Numbered from the stretch's first letter, positions 10,840-21,471 are shown. The stretch is 64,000 bases of DNA from Vulcanimicrobiota bacterium (GCA_963820825.1 CAWGBN010000008.1:384001-448000); one strand, 5' to 3'. Notes: a model not told the origin generated them from the sequence alone. Made by a program: numbers and translations.

Positions 10840-12475
10840 ATGGGGTCAAGCGCCTCCTTAAACCGGGCTGCGGATGATCTGTTCCGGCACCTCCACGAAC
10901 CGGAGCATCTTCGGCGCAATCCTCTCGTTGGGAAGTTCTTCGAATCCCCTGGGTCTGACCCAGGCAGGAAGCTCCACACCGCGGCGGCGCTAGGGCAAAT
11001 TCACGACATGGTTCGACACCTCGCCGAACAATGTCGCGAAGCCGATCTTATGGCCGGCAGAGAGGAGCGAGCTCTCCGCCAACACACCATCGTCGTTCGA
11101 CAATGTCTTGGTCGCTGCTCCATCGGCGAGATCGCGGCTGCTCTTGCGATCTCAACGCGACAATGCTATCGCGAGCGGGCCGCTATCACCCGGCGCGTAG
11201 CCCGACTTATCTCGGAGTACGAAGGCCGCCCAACCCAGCATTATCTCGCCGGACTCGATGCCTTTCAGTTTCTCGCCGACCGCGTGATGCATAGAAGTGC
11301 ACTCGGCGATATGCGCTCAACTCTTCGCCAATGTGACGATCTGATCCACGCTGCTCCCTCTATGGAACAAAGGATCAGCGCGCTGCACACGACTGCTTTC
11401 ATATCCATGCAATTTGGGAACGTCAAGCACGCCAAGGAAGCATGTCAGACAGCGCGCACAATCTGCACAAACCAGCAGGTGGCACATTCATCTTCTTCGT
11501 GGAGAATAGGTAACGCTTACGTAGCAATCATGCAATCAAGGCTAGCGCTCTACGATGCAGACGTAGATACAGCGCTTCGCATGGCTAAGTTCGCCGCTTT
11601 TCAGTTAGACGACATCGAACCAGCTGCTCACCCTCGTGCCAACGAGCTTCACGCAGAAACTCTATTTGAGATCGGCAGAGCCCTTTGCAACGCCGGAAAC
11701 GTTGATGAAGGATACGATTACTTTATTAGTGCTGAGGCGAAATTGCACAACGTTCGCGCAACAGCATCGCACCTGCGGACTCGAGTGGCGGTACAGCTTT
11801 GGCGGCTTCGCAACTCTAGGTTGATGAACCTGAAAAGCTGGTTCCCATCCGCGCAGCGCCTCGCGGGTCTCAAGACCCACTTTCGAACACGCCTATGGAG
11901 CAGGATTTCTCTTCGACGCCATGACTGCGCTTGTCGGTCTCACGGAATATCACGCACTTGCGGGGGACAGCGCTGAAGCTCTGCGGGCAGCCAGATTCGC
12001 AGTCTTGCTTGCTAAGGGTCAACCCAGTGAAAGAGTACATGCGCAGGCCTCTATCATGGTCGCGAAGGCGCTGCTCTCAACGCGCCATTGGAAACTTGCA
12101 TCCTCTTTTCTTCCGAATTCACGTCAACTTGCTATGTGCGATGCATCGTGTCGACAGCTAGCCTCCTGCTTTGCCGCCGAGTACGCCTTACGACTGCGCG
12201 CATTTGATGTTGCCTGGGCTCGAGCCAATGCCAAATATGACCAGCGCCTACATCCGAGTGTGAGCTTAAGCACCCGGCTTGTGGCGGCCGTGGCTGCGCA
12301 TGAGTTGCAAAAAAAATGCAACGCAACGGAGCTAATCGAAGCAACAATTGCTGATGCCGAGCAATTGGGATCTGCACCTAGATTACGCGATGCGTACTTT
12401 GCCGCGGCCAGGGTTACAGGCGAGGCTCGGTTTGCTCGCAAAGCTAGGGAAATAACGAGGCTACTCCGTAGCTAG
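10840..12475 (+). CDS. HTH plus helical/TPR-like transcriptional regulator, frameshift near 11880
   Basis: HTH SIGEIAAALAISTRQCYRER then an Ala/Leu-rich helical region; ORFs 10798-11976 and 11921-12475 join by one shift; divergent from lipoprotein genes. Confidence 0.65.
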
Positions 12476-13278
12476 AGGACTGCTTACTTTCCCTTGAAAT
12501 CGAAATCTTGGTTCGCCTTCCTTACCGCGATTTTACTAATTTCGGAGAATGTTTCTGGAGGAGCGCCGGACAGCGTAAGTTGACCGAGACGAATTCCTCA
12601 CTTGTCGGACCGATCGCCGTAAATGGATTCGGTACATCGGTTGGCGCTCATTTCGGCGAGAAGCGTAAAAGCTTTGCCGGGGGGTCTATGGCAAAAGACC
12701 GCCGTCGGCTCGGTTAGCGCCAAAGGATCCGATCGATGCCGGTAGCGGTATTCTGCATCGTTGGGATGAGGTGGCTGTAGGTGTTAAGCACAATCCGAAT
12801 GCCAGACCAACCACTCATCTCTTGGGCCGCCTGTGGGGTGAACATTCGTATTGCGTAGCGACGCCGGGATGGAAATACTAGGTCGCTCTCGTGCGCTTCG
12901 CGGGCCGCGAAGTTTCTAAGGCGCTAATGGCCGCCTTTGAGAGTGATCCGCCATCGGGATGAGATGCGAGGCGGTCTTCCGACGTGATGTTCTGCAAAAA
13001 GGCGAATGGCGCGACTCCTATTTGTACGCAAAGCTAGAACAATAACGAGCGCCCGACCCCCCCGAACGCCTCGAAACCGGAACTGCTGGGGCAGTTCCGG
13101 TTTGGCTACGCTCTAAGCGTTCTAGGTCCGCTAAGGTGGCGTAGCCGGCCTCTATCGTTAGGCACGCCGAACAATGATGTTCGGCGTGCTGAACATTTGC
13201 GGTATTTATAATCTGTTCCCGAGATATTCTCATCGATTTGATAGATTCGCGCTGTGTAGAATCTCGGAGGGACTTGAA

Positions 13279-14664
13279 ATGAATCGCTTCGTTGTTGCAG
13301 TCGTGACATCGTGCGCGACCGTGACCTTGGTCGGCTGCCATGGAACCGCCGCGCCCGTTATGCCGAGCTATACAGTCCAACAGCCGGCGGCGATCGGCGT
13401 TTCGGACATGCGCAACACCAGCGCACCTTGGTCGGCTCAAATCAAACATGTCGTAATCATCATTCAGGAGAACCGCACACCGGACAACCTGTTCAATGGC
13501 TACCCCGGAGCAAATACGCAATCCTGGGGCTTAAATCACAACGGAAAGCATGTTCCGTTGATCCAGGTCAGCATGACCGCCCCGTACGATCTCGACCACT
13601 CGCACGGGAGCTTTAGGGGCGAGTACAACGGCGGGAAAATGAACGGCTTCGACCGCGTCTTTTCGCGGTGCAGCCAGCCTGGGGCATGTCCGCCGCCCGC
13701 CGAGCGTGCGTATGCGATGGTTCCTAAGAAAGAGTCCAAGCCGTACTGGGATATGGCCCGTCAGTGGGCATTGGCCGACAACATGTTCGAGACGAACCAA
13801 GGCCCCAGCTTCCCGGCGCATCAATACCTCATCAGCGGAACCTCGACAATCAAGACCGGTTCGTCTTGGAGAGCGGCAGATAACCCGAAAAAGCCGGGCT
13901 CCAAGAGCATCTTGGGCGGCTGCGACTCGCCCACCGGCACGAAAGTACAGCTTATCAACCAACTAGGCCAGAGTCGCACCACGTATCCCTGTTTCGATCG
14001 GCCGACACTCACCGATCTGCTGGACGCAAAGAGCATCGTCTGGCATTATTACGAATACGCGTACGGTCCGGGACTTTGGTATGCGCTCGACGCGATTCGG
14101 CACATTTACAACCGATCGGATTATCGGACAATCGTCGAAGCTCCAGCCGACCGCGTTCTCAGCGACGTGCTTAACGGTGATCTCGAGCCGGTGATCTGGG
14201 TAACCCCGGAAGCCGACGATTCGGACCACGCTCGAATAACGGATGGCAGCGGGCCGTCGTGGGTCGCCTCCATCGTCAACGCCGTTGGTGAGAGTAGGTT
14301 CTGGAAGGACACGGCCATCTTCGTTACCTGGGACGACTGGGGCGGTTGGTACGATCACGTAAGGCCGCCGATGTATAACTCGTACGAGCTCGGCTTTCGC
14401 GTCCCGTTGCTCGTCATCTCACCCTATGCCAAGGCTGGCTACATCTCCCACAAGCAACACGAGTTTGGAAGTATCCTAAAGTTTACCGAGGAAACGTTCG
14501 GCCTTGGATCGCTTCATACCACAGATGTACGCGCGGATGATCTCGCAGACTGCTTCGACTTCAAGCAAGCTCCGCGCAAGTTCCACCGGATTCACGCACC
14601 GATCGGACCGGGTTATTTTCTCAATCGCACTCCTTCAAGCGTATCCCCCGACGACGACCTCTAG
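13279..14664 (+). CDS. Phospholipase C / phosphoesterase family lipoprotein
   Basis: Lipobox LVGC; IKHVVIIIQENRTPDNLF; GPSFPAHQYLISG; TWDDWGGWYDHV; GFRVPLLVISPY. Confidence 0.92.
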   Translation: MNRFVVAVVTSCATVTLVGCHGTAAPVMPSYTVQQPAAIGVSDMRNTSAPWSAQIKHVVIIIQENRTPDNLFNGYPGANTQSWGLNHNGKHVPLIQVSMTAPYDLDHSHGSFRGEYNGGKMNGFDRVFSRCSQPGACPPPAERAYAMVPKKESKPYWDMARQWALADNMFETNQGPSFPAHQYLISGTSTIKTGSSWRAADNPKKPGSKSILGGCDSPTGTKVQLINQLGQSRTTYPCFDRPTLTDLLDAKSIVWHYYEYAYGPGLWYALDAIRHIYNRSDYRTIVEAPADRVLSDVLNGDLEPVIWVTPEADDSDHARITDGSGPSWVASIVNAVGESRFWKDTAIFVTWDDWGGWYDHVRPPMYNSYELGFRVPLLVISPYAKAGYISHKQHEFGSILKFTEETFGLGSLHTTDVRADDLADCFDFKQAPRKFHRIHAPIGPGYFLNRTPSSVSPDDDL

Positions 14665-14732
14665 CTTGAACGCAACGCCGCGCGCGGTGCCGCGTGGCGC
14701 CCGAAGTATTCTATGGAGCGGGTCGATGGGGC

Positions 14733-15161
14733 TTACTCGTGCCGCACGGACAGGACCGGAAACTCCGATCGGCGGATGATTCCTTCGCAAGTGCTTCCTA
14801 ATATCGCCCGATTGATACCCTTTCGGCCGTGCGTCCCGACGACGATCATGCTTGCATTCGCCGCTCGCGCGTAGCGAAGCACCTCGTCGACTGTGTGTCC
14901 GCGAAGGAGCGCTGACTTTACGTGAGCCCCCAGCCGATTCGTAAGCTCCGCCGCTACCACCAATGCCGTCTCGGCCTCGGAGGCCAGGAGATCCGGTGCC
15001 TCCTTCGGCGCCTTGCCGAGCCCATCGGGAACGTCCGCGTAGTCCGCCACGGTAACGACGTGCACCTCAGGGATCTTCGCGAATTCCTCCGCGAGATCGA
15101 GAAACGTGCGAAGCGCTTTCAGCGACGCGTGCGACCCGTCGATGGCGATGACTGCTATCAT
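14733..15161 (-). CDS. Universal stress protein
   Basis: IAIDGS; IVVGTHGRKGINRAILGSTCEGIIRRSEFPVL. Confidence 0.92.
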   Translation of the reverse strand: MIAVIAIDGSHASLKALRTFLDLAEEFAKIPEVHVVTVADYADVPDGLGKAPKEAPDLLASEAETALVVAAELTNRLGAHVKSALLRGHTVDEVLRYARAANASMIVVGTHGRKGINRAILGSTCEGIIRRSEFPVLSVRHE

Positions 15162-15263
15162 ACTTTTGAGTACGCCCTTTCAACGACACCGTATCGCGCA
15201 AATGTGAATGCCCTAGGAAAGTACCTTCGCGAGATATTCTTCTTCGTGGTGTCAGGTTAGCGC

Positions 15264-17735
15264 ATGGACCCCGGTGCGGCTTCGCCGGAAGAATGCCGGT
15301 ACAAGGGGCTTTCGTCAGCCGAAGCTTCTCTATTACTGCAGCGCTACGGCCGCAACGATCTCACTCCCGCGCGAAAGTCCGGAGAGCTCCTCACCTGGAT
15401 CTTGCGTCTGATCGCCGATCCGATGGTCATTCTGCTCGCGATCGCGGGTGCCACGTACATCGCGTTCGGCGACCGCTTCGACGCGACCGTCGTCGGCATC
15501 GCGCTTCTTCCCATTTTTGCCGTAACCGGCATCCTCGAGTTTCGTTCAGACCGGACGCTCGAACGCTTGAAGACCTCGGCCCCACCGCGAGCACGAGTCG
15601 TTCGCGATCGGATCGAGAGTCAAGTACCGGCGTGGCAAGTCGTGCCCGGCGATATCCTCCTGCTGCGCGAGGGCGACGTTATCGCTGCCGATGGGCATCT
15701 GCTCGAGGCGCGGAGATTGCTCGTCGACGAGTCGGCGCTGACCGGCGAATCGCTCCCCGTCGAGAAGCGCCCCGGCGGCGCCGTAGCCTCGATTTTCGCC
15801 GGCACCGTCGTACGCTCGGGACGCGCCATCGCGATCGTCGAGCGTACCGGTCCGAACACCGAGTACGGCCGCATCGCTCGGGCGCTCGGCGCGCTGCACG
15901 CACAGACGACGCCGATCGAGCGATCCATCCACAGAATCGTGTTTCAGGTCGGTATCGGCGTCGTTTTCGCGTGTGCTCTCGTCGTCGCGGTGCAGCGATG
16001 GCATGGCGATTCCTGGGCCATCGCCGTTATCGCGGGGGTAAGCTTAGCAATGGCGGCAATTCCCGAAGAACTGCCGATGGTCTACACGCTCTATCTCGCG
16101 CTGGGAGCGTGGCGTTTGGCGAAAGATCAGGCGCTCGTGCGTCGTCTCTCCAGCGTGGAGACCCTTGGCTCGACGACGGTCATCTGCGTCGACAAAACCG
16201 GCACGGTTACATATGGGAAGCTCGCCGTTCAATCCGTGATCGCGACGAGGTCGAGCTCCGAAGGCGCCGTACTCATGTCGGCCGCGATGGCGAGCGACGT
16301 CGCCTCGGGCGATCCTGTCGATCTCGCTATTCTGACGGCCTACACGTCGCCGCTCGATGCGGGCGATCGGGAACTCGAGCTTCCGTTCGATCCCGAAACG
16401 CGTTATTCGGCTGCGATCTGGAAGCGCGACTCCGGGAACGTTCTGGTTGCGAAGGGCGCCTTCGAGGCGCTGTTACAAAATTGTCGATGCGACGAAACCG
16501 AGCGGCTCAGTGCCTTTCACGACGCCGAAGCGGCACGGGGCGCACGGATCCTTGCGGTTGCCGAGGGGGTCGTCCAAACGACCAATCTGCCAGAGGCGTG
16601 GAAGAGCGCGCGATTGATCGGCCTGATCGCGCTAGGCGACTCCGTACGACCCGCAGCGGTAGATGCGATCGCCGAGTGCCGCCGCGCGGGCATCCGTTTC
16701 GTCATGATTACCGGCGACCATCCCGCGACGGCACAAGCCGTCGCGGCGGCGGCCGGCCTCGACACCGGCACCATCGTTTCCGGCGAAAGCGAGCTCGCTT
16801 CGTGGAGCGATGCGATGCTAAACGCTAGGATAGCCGAGATCGACGTCTTCGCTCGAGTACGACCGGAGCAGAAGTTACGCATCGTCCGCGCCTTGCACGC
16901 CCACGGCGACGTCGTCGCTATGACGGGCGACGGCACGAATGATGCGCTGGCTCTGCGCGAGGCGGATATCGGCGTCGCGATGGGCGAGAGCGGGACGGAG
17001 GTCGCGCGCGCAGCGTCGGACCTAGTATTGCTCGACGACGACGTAACTACGATCGTCCGAGCCGTCGCCGATGGCCGGCGGATATTTCATAATCTGCAGC
17101 ACGCCTTTACGTATCTCGTCGCGTTCCACGCGCCGCTGCTTCTTAGTGCCTTCCTCCTACCGCTCATCGGCGCGCCGATCTTCCTGCTGCCGATCCATCT
17201 GATTTGGCTCGAGCTGATCGTGCATCCGACCTCGGCGTTAGTCTTCGAGAACGACCCGCCCGAGAAAGATTTGATGCGTGTGCCGCCTCGCCACCCGTCA
17301 TCGGGATTGCTCCAACGTCGCGACTGGCTGCGGACGCTCGCGCTCGGCAGCGTCCTCGCGGCGACGGTCATCGCGCTCTTCGCCCTAGCGCTGCACGCCG
17401 GGCTGAGTTCCGATGCCGCCCGCGCGGCGGGCATCATCGCTATGATGAGCGGGCAAATCGCGCTCGTCTTCGTCGAGCGCGCGGGAGGGCGTCCGATCTG
17501 GTGCGTACCCGTGCGCGGCAATCGAGCGATCTTACCGATCGTTCTTGGAACGGCGGTCGTCTTGATTCTCGCCGTCTACTGGGTTCCGATGGCACAGGCG
17601 CTGCATCTAGAGGCTCTATCGCCCGTGCTTGCGTTGACTGCCGCCGCGGCTGGATGCGCGTCGGTGCTTTGGCTGCAGCCGCTGAGCGTTCTCGGCCGCC
17701 GGGCTAGAGATTGCGAGGGCGAGGCGTCGCCTTGA
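15264..17735 (+). CDS. Cation-translocating P-type ATPase (type II, CtpF-like)
   Basis: TGES, PEEL, DKTGT, KGA, MITGD, TGDGTNDALAL motifs; about 10 TM segments. Confidence 0.95.
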   Translation: MDPGAASPEECRYKGLSSAEASLLLQRYGRNDLTPARKSGELLTWILRLIADPMVILLAIAGATYIAFGDRFDATVVGIALLPIFAVTGILEFRSDRTLERLKTSAPPRARVVRDRIESQVPAWQVVPGDILLLREGDVIAADGHLLEARRLLVDESALTGESLPVEKRPGGAVASIFAGTVVRSGRAIAIVERTGPNTEYGRIARALGALHAQTTPIERSIHRIVFQVGIGVVFACALVVAVQRWHGDSWAIAVIAGVSLAMAAIPEELPMVYTLYLALGAWRLAKDQALVRRLSSVETLGSTTVICVDKTGTVTYGKLAVQSVIATRSSSEGAVLMSAAMASDVASGDPVDLAILTAYTSPLDAGDRELELPFDPETRYSAAIWKRDSGNVLVAKGAFEALLQNCRCDETERLSAFHDAEAARGARILAVAEGVVQTTNLPEAWKSARLIGLIALGDSVRPAAVDAIAECRRAGIRFVMITGDHPATAQAVAAAAGLDTGTIVSGESELASWSDAMLNARIAEIDVFARVRPEQKLRIVRALHAHGDVVAMTGDGTNDALALREADIGVAMGESGTEVARAASDLVLLDDDVTTIVRAVADGRRIFHNLQHAFTYLVAFHAPLLLSAFLLPLIGAPIFLLPIHLIWLELIVHPTSALVFENDPPEKDLMRVPPRHPSSGLLQRRDWLRTLALGSVLAATVIALFALALHAGLSSDAARAAGIIAMMSGQIALVFVERAGGRPIWCVPVRGNRAILPIVLGTAVVLILAVYWVPMAQALHLEALSPVLALTAAAAGCASVLWLQPLSVLGRRARDCEGEASP

Positions 17736-17739
17736 CGAG

Positions 17740-17960
17740 TTAGACGGTTGCATTCAATGCCTCAAGGCTTTGCATCATTTGCATCACTGGAAGCCTTGAC
17801 GCGCGACTGATTCCTTCAGCGACGCGCCGAGGAGCACTCGGCTTACTGCGGACCGCCCATGCGTCCCGACCACGATGACGCCCGACTCTAGGTCGCGCGC
17901 TGCATCTACGATCGCATCTGGAAGGCTTTCTTGAACGACGTACGTGCCGACGTTGGCGGC
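17740..17960 (-). pseudogene. Universal stress protein remnant
   Basis: DAIVDAARDLESGVIVVGTHGRSAVSRVLLG then frameshift into ...SRASRLPVM; no N-terminus. Confidence 0.65.
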
Positions 17961-18170
17961 CCCTGGCCCGAATTTTCGCTTTCGCGGCGTGAACCAGGAC
18001 CCTGGCAAGTCGCAAGAGATCGCGAACAATACTCTCACCCCCTTCCGAACGGACGGTTCAGATGCCGGCGCCCCAAGTGCGCGCAAAGCCTCCGGCCCGA
18101 TCCGTGATTGAGCGAGTGGGCACTATTGACTGCGGCCGGTAGCGCCCGGGCCCCGCCATCCCGATCCGCC

Positions 18171-18450
18171 CTATTTGCGCCGCTTCTCGCGCGCATCGGT
18201 CACCAGCTTCATTGTCGTATTGGTTAGTGTGCGTTCGTAGATACGGCGGCCGACTTCAATTGCTGAGACGACATTCGATAATCCAGGCTCGGTGAAAACG
18301 GCGCCGGCGGCCGCCTTTGCGATCGGTGGCGTTAGCGACGGCAATCCCGATGTTGGCTTGCCGGAGCGCCGGAGCATCGTTGATGCCGTCACCGGTCATC
18401 CCGACGACGTGCCGAGCGGCTCGAAGCGTTCGGATGATCGACAACTTGGT
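18171..18450 (-). pseudogene. P-type ATPase fragment (hinge region, H+-ATPase-like)
   Basis: [29 protein letters not shown] / [30 protein letters not shown] in two frames. Confidence 0.8.
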
Positions 18451-18489
18451 TTTCCGGATAAATCCGAGGTATGGACCTCTTCCGGCGGG

Positions 18490-18600
18490 ATTCCGACGGC
18501 TTGGGCCCCCACGTAGAGCGAACTCTTCTCGGAAGCATGTGTGAGGGTATCCTTCACCGCGCGGAGATACCGGTTTTCGCCGTGCACCAACGAGTCGGCG
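18490..18600 (+). pseudogene. Universal stress protein C-terminal remnant
   Basis: [21 protein letters not shown]. Confidence 0.55.
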
Positions 18601-18601
18601 C

Positions 18602-19081
18602 CTACGGCGGAGGAATCGATGGCCTCGAGCCGGGGTTCAGAACGTTCGGCAGCGCTGAGACGCCCGCGCTCTGAGTGATCGCCTCCGCGTCCCGCGCGAG
18701 AGCATTGGCCAGTTCGTCCTTTGCCGGACACGTCAAATCCGGTGATTCCCAGCCCTGCCATGCGACCTTCAGCGACGCGCCGAAAGAAACCGTCTTCATA
18801 CATGGTACAGTGGTGGCGTTGCCGTGACGTGCAGCCGCCAAGTCCGTAAAGAATTTCGTCGCTATCGTTACGGGGATACGGAGCGGTTTGGGGCTCCCTG
18901 CGATGCGCCCATCGAGTGTTTGTAGCATCACCGAGCCATCGCCGTCCGACCATATCTGGATTATGTAGCCGTTTACATTGGTTGATCCGGAGTTGTCGAT
19001 GACGGCGAAATCGTCAGGTGCGGCCCCGACGCAGCCAAGAAGTACACTCGCAGCGAGAAGAGCCTTTAGGTAACGCATCAC
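18602..19081 (-). CDS. Secreted/lipoprotein hypothetical protein
   Basis: Signal peptide (VLLGC); [27 protein letters not shown]. Confidence 0.7.
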   Translation of the reverse strand: MMRYLKALLAASVLLGCVGAAPDDFAVIDNSGSTNVNGYIIQIWSDGDGSVMLQTLDGRIAGSPKPLRIPVTIATKFFTDLAAARHGNATTVPCMKTVSFGASLKVAWQGWESPDLTCPAKDELANALARDAEAITQSAGVSALPNVLNPGSRPSIPPP

Positions 19082-19092
19082 TTTTCTCCTAA

Positions 19093-19932
19093 CTAAACCG
19101 ACATTCGTTCGCGCCTAAGCTCTACGACGCCCCGAGACTGCGGGCCGCGTGCTGCCTTCGCAACGCAGTGATCTCCGTGGTAAAGTTCAAATTCCAGGGT
19201 TTGAGTGGCCGCAGTAATTTCCTCAAGCACCTGGCCCAAACGTGGATTCCATTGAGCCCTGATCCAATCATGGTACGAGCGAAAATGAATGAGCATCGCG
19301 ATTCGGCGATTGTCACGGCTTCCAAGTAGCTGTGCGTCAACGAAACCGCGAATCTCAGCGCCGGGTCCGCTCCAGAACTCGACGAGGTCTCGATAGAGAC
19401 GTTCGTAATCTCTGGGCGCGACCTCCAGCACGCGCAACACAAAAATGGGCGCCGCCCGTTGGAACCGAGGTAGTACCGTTTTCGAAGATCCTATTTTTGT
19501 TTTCTCGCGTACGATAACGACCGGGCACGCCGCCGAGCGTAGAATCGTCTCGGCGACACTGCCCATAAAGAGACGCTTAAATCCCGACTGTCCGTGGCTT
19601 CCCATCACGATGCTGTCCGCGCCGATGCTCGAAGCTCGAGCGACAATCCTCCCGGCGGGGCGGCCCACCGCCACGGAGCCGGTTGCGTCGACGCCGGCGC
19701 GCTTGGCCTGTTTGAGCGCTTTATCGACTAGGCGCTTAGCGCTCGTCCTTGCTGAGACAATGCGTGGCTTTTCGCCCAGCAATGCCGTCGTGTGCCCGAG
19801 AATCGCCTCGACATCGACGATCGACCAAATCTCTAATCGCGCACGCTGAGCCTTGGCTAGTCGAAGCGCGTAGCGGAACGCGTACTCCGACGAGCGCGAT
19901 CCGTCGATCGGTACGAGGATGGTCTTCCTCAT
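19093..19932 (-). CDS. Universal stress protein fused to a C-terminal ABM-like (dimeric alpha-beta barrel) domain
   Basis: USP motifs ILVPIDGS, GSHGQSGFKRLFMGSVAE; C-terminal GFVDAQLLGSRDNRRIAMLIHFRSYHDW pattern resembles ABM domains. Confidence 0.8.
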   Translation of the reverse strand: MRKTILVPIDGSRSSEYAFRYALRLAKAQRARLEIWSIVDVEAILGHTTALLGEKPRIVSARTSAKRLVDKALKQAKRAGVDATGSVAVGRPAGRIVARASSIGADSIVMGSHGQSGFKRLFMGSVAETILRSAACPVVIVREKTKIGSSKTVLPRFQRAAPIFVLRVLEVAPRDYERLYRDLVEFWSGPGAEIRGFVDAQLLGSRDNRRIAMLIHFRSYHDWIRAQWNPRLGQVLEEITAATQTLEFELYHGDHCVAKAARGPQSRGVVELRRERMSV

Positions 19933-20112
19933 ACTTGCATGTTACTAGTAGGACAGGAAGAACCGGTGAAGCTCAGTTCTCAGGTTCTTCGTGCGGTTTT
20001 CCGTGTTAGCGCCGAGCTACGGCGGCCCTGGTGCCTGCGCAATTCGAGCGCGCGATCCGAAACCGCTCTCATCGACGCTCCAGGCTCGGGCTGCGGTCGA
20101 TGCCAGCGTCAT

Positions 20113-20433
20113 CTACCCTAGTGGTCCCGGCGGTGTACCCTTTATCTGGCCTCTCACATGGATAATTCCAATCCCGTGAAACTTGCAGCGCCGGAAGGTT
20201 ACATTCTTACAACCGATGACTCCAATCAGCGCCCGATCGCTCTGCACCTCTATAAACAGTTGGTCCGCTGTGCCTCCAAGGTCGCTGTACTCTAACGTCA
20301 GACTTTCCAATCCAAATATGAGTGCCGGGCCGAATATATGACAATCCTCAAATACTTTATCCTTTATCACGTAATCTGCTGAAAAAATCATATCCACTAG
20401 CCGAATAATCTTCCTGGAAAAGTAGGTTTCCAA
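20113..20433 (-). CDS. Hypothetical protein (low GC), possibly partial
   Basis: Open frame with protein-like composition in an AT-richer segment; TTG start uncertain. Confidence 0.45.
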   Translation of the reverse strand: METYFSRKIIRLVDMIFSADYVIKDKVFEDCHIFGPALIFGLESLTLEYSDLGGTADQLFIEVQSDRALIGVIGCKNVTFRRCKFHGIGIIHVRGQIKGTPPGPLG

Positions 20434-20491
20434 AGGGTTTATCTGTTGCGGACTAGGGTATCCCCGGTTCGACGACGTTTATCAGTTCATC

Positions 20492-21172
20492 GTGATGCAT
20501 CTTATCGATCTGAGGTCCACGAAGTCCGAACTTGAAACGCTATGGGGGTTGCACGTTGCGAGAGTCGCAACTGGTGACGCTGCTTACTTCGAAAAGGCTA
20601 TTCACGTCAACGAGCCCATTGACCATCCCCTAAATAAACACATTCGAACCTTAATCTTGGACGCGGCTCGCCTCGTTAAGAGAATGCAAGAACTAACGCG
20701 AGTTCTTGGAATAGACATTGGCTTTCTGTTCCAAGACTCACGCGCTTTTGAGCGAGGCTTGAAACAGCTTAACGAAAGCGACTCGGCCCTTGCGATTTAT
20801 TTACGAGACAGTCGCCCATGGCTAGAGGCCTTACAACGTGCGCGCGTCGCTCGCGAGCGTGAGACGTTTGTTATGCCGCGACTCCGTTACGAAGTCACAG
20901 CTGGTAGAAGTGTTAGAGTCGTCGAGCCCATGTTCCAGCATCTACCTCTTATCGAGTTTTTCACCAAACTACTCAGCGACGTAACTAAGTTTGTCGAGGA
21001 TATAACCATCTGGTGCATGGCGCAAAGTCTTCCGGGCAGCGTGATGGTCGCTGAAATCCGAAGAGCAGACCGAGACCCCAGTAAGCCAGAACGGTTCAAA
21101 ATGTCCGTCGGAGGCTTCGGCGATGAGCGCTGGATAATTCGCTACTCGGAAAGAGCCTTCGAGGATGTATAG
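20492..21172 (+). CDS. Hypothetical helical protein, possibly N-terminally truncated
   Basis: 226-aa ORF with lower GC than its neighbours and no recognised motif. Confidence 0.55.
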   Translation: MMHLIDLRSTKSELETLWGLHVARVATGDAAYFEKAIHVNEPIDHPLNKHIRTLILDAARLVKRMQELTRVLGIDIGFLFQDSRAFERGLKQLNESDSALAIYLRDSRPWLEALQRARVARERETFVMPRLRYEVTAGRSVRVVEPMFQHLPLIEFFTKLLSDVTKFVEDITIWCMAQSLPGSVMVAEIRRADRDPSKPERFKMSVGGFGDERWIIRYSERAFEDV

Positions 21173-21216
21173 TGGTTCGTTCTAAGCCGCGGGGCGCTTG
21201 GAGGCGCGTTACCTAA

Positions 21217-21471
21217 CTTGGTACCCTGCAACGTCGGGATGTAGCAGAACGCAATCGCAGTTGGGCGCGCGAGCACCCGGGCCCGCGCGACGAGGCGTGG
21301 TTCAAGCGCGAGATCGCGCAGAAACTCGACGCGTTCTCGCTCAAGGAGATCGCGGGAGCGACGGGGTTATCGCTCGCGGCCTGCTCGCGCATTCGGGCCG
21401 GAACGCGCGTCCCGCATCCCAGGCATTGGGAGAGCTTGCTCGCACTGGTCGAGGCTGGAAATGAGGCGTAG
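21217..21471 (+). pseudogene. HTH fragment resembling the C-terminus of solo Cas1 (casposase) proteins
   Basis: Startless frame RRDVAERNRSWAREHPGPRDEAWFKREIAQKLDAFSLKEIAGATGLSLAACSRIRAGTRVPHPRHWESLLALVEAGNEA*; in-frame stop at 21214-21216. Confidence 0.6.

Noticed and set aside
12990..13060. c-di-GMP-I riboswitch suggested by ACGCAAAGC
   Set aside because: The required paired stems and tetraloop/receptor could not be built
15293..16828. Long alternative-frame and antisense ORFs (also 5501-6622, 40388-41707, 44847-46169, 48552-49517, 57515-58540)
   Set aside because: Shadow ORFs of GC-rich genes with biased composition and no motifs
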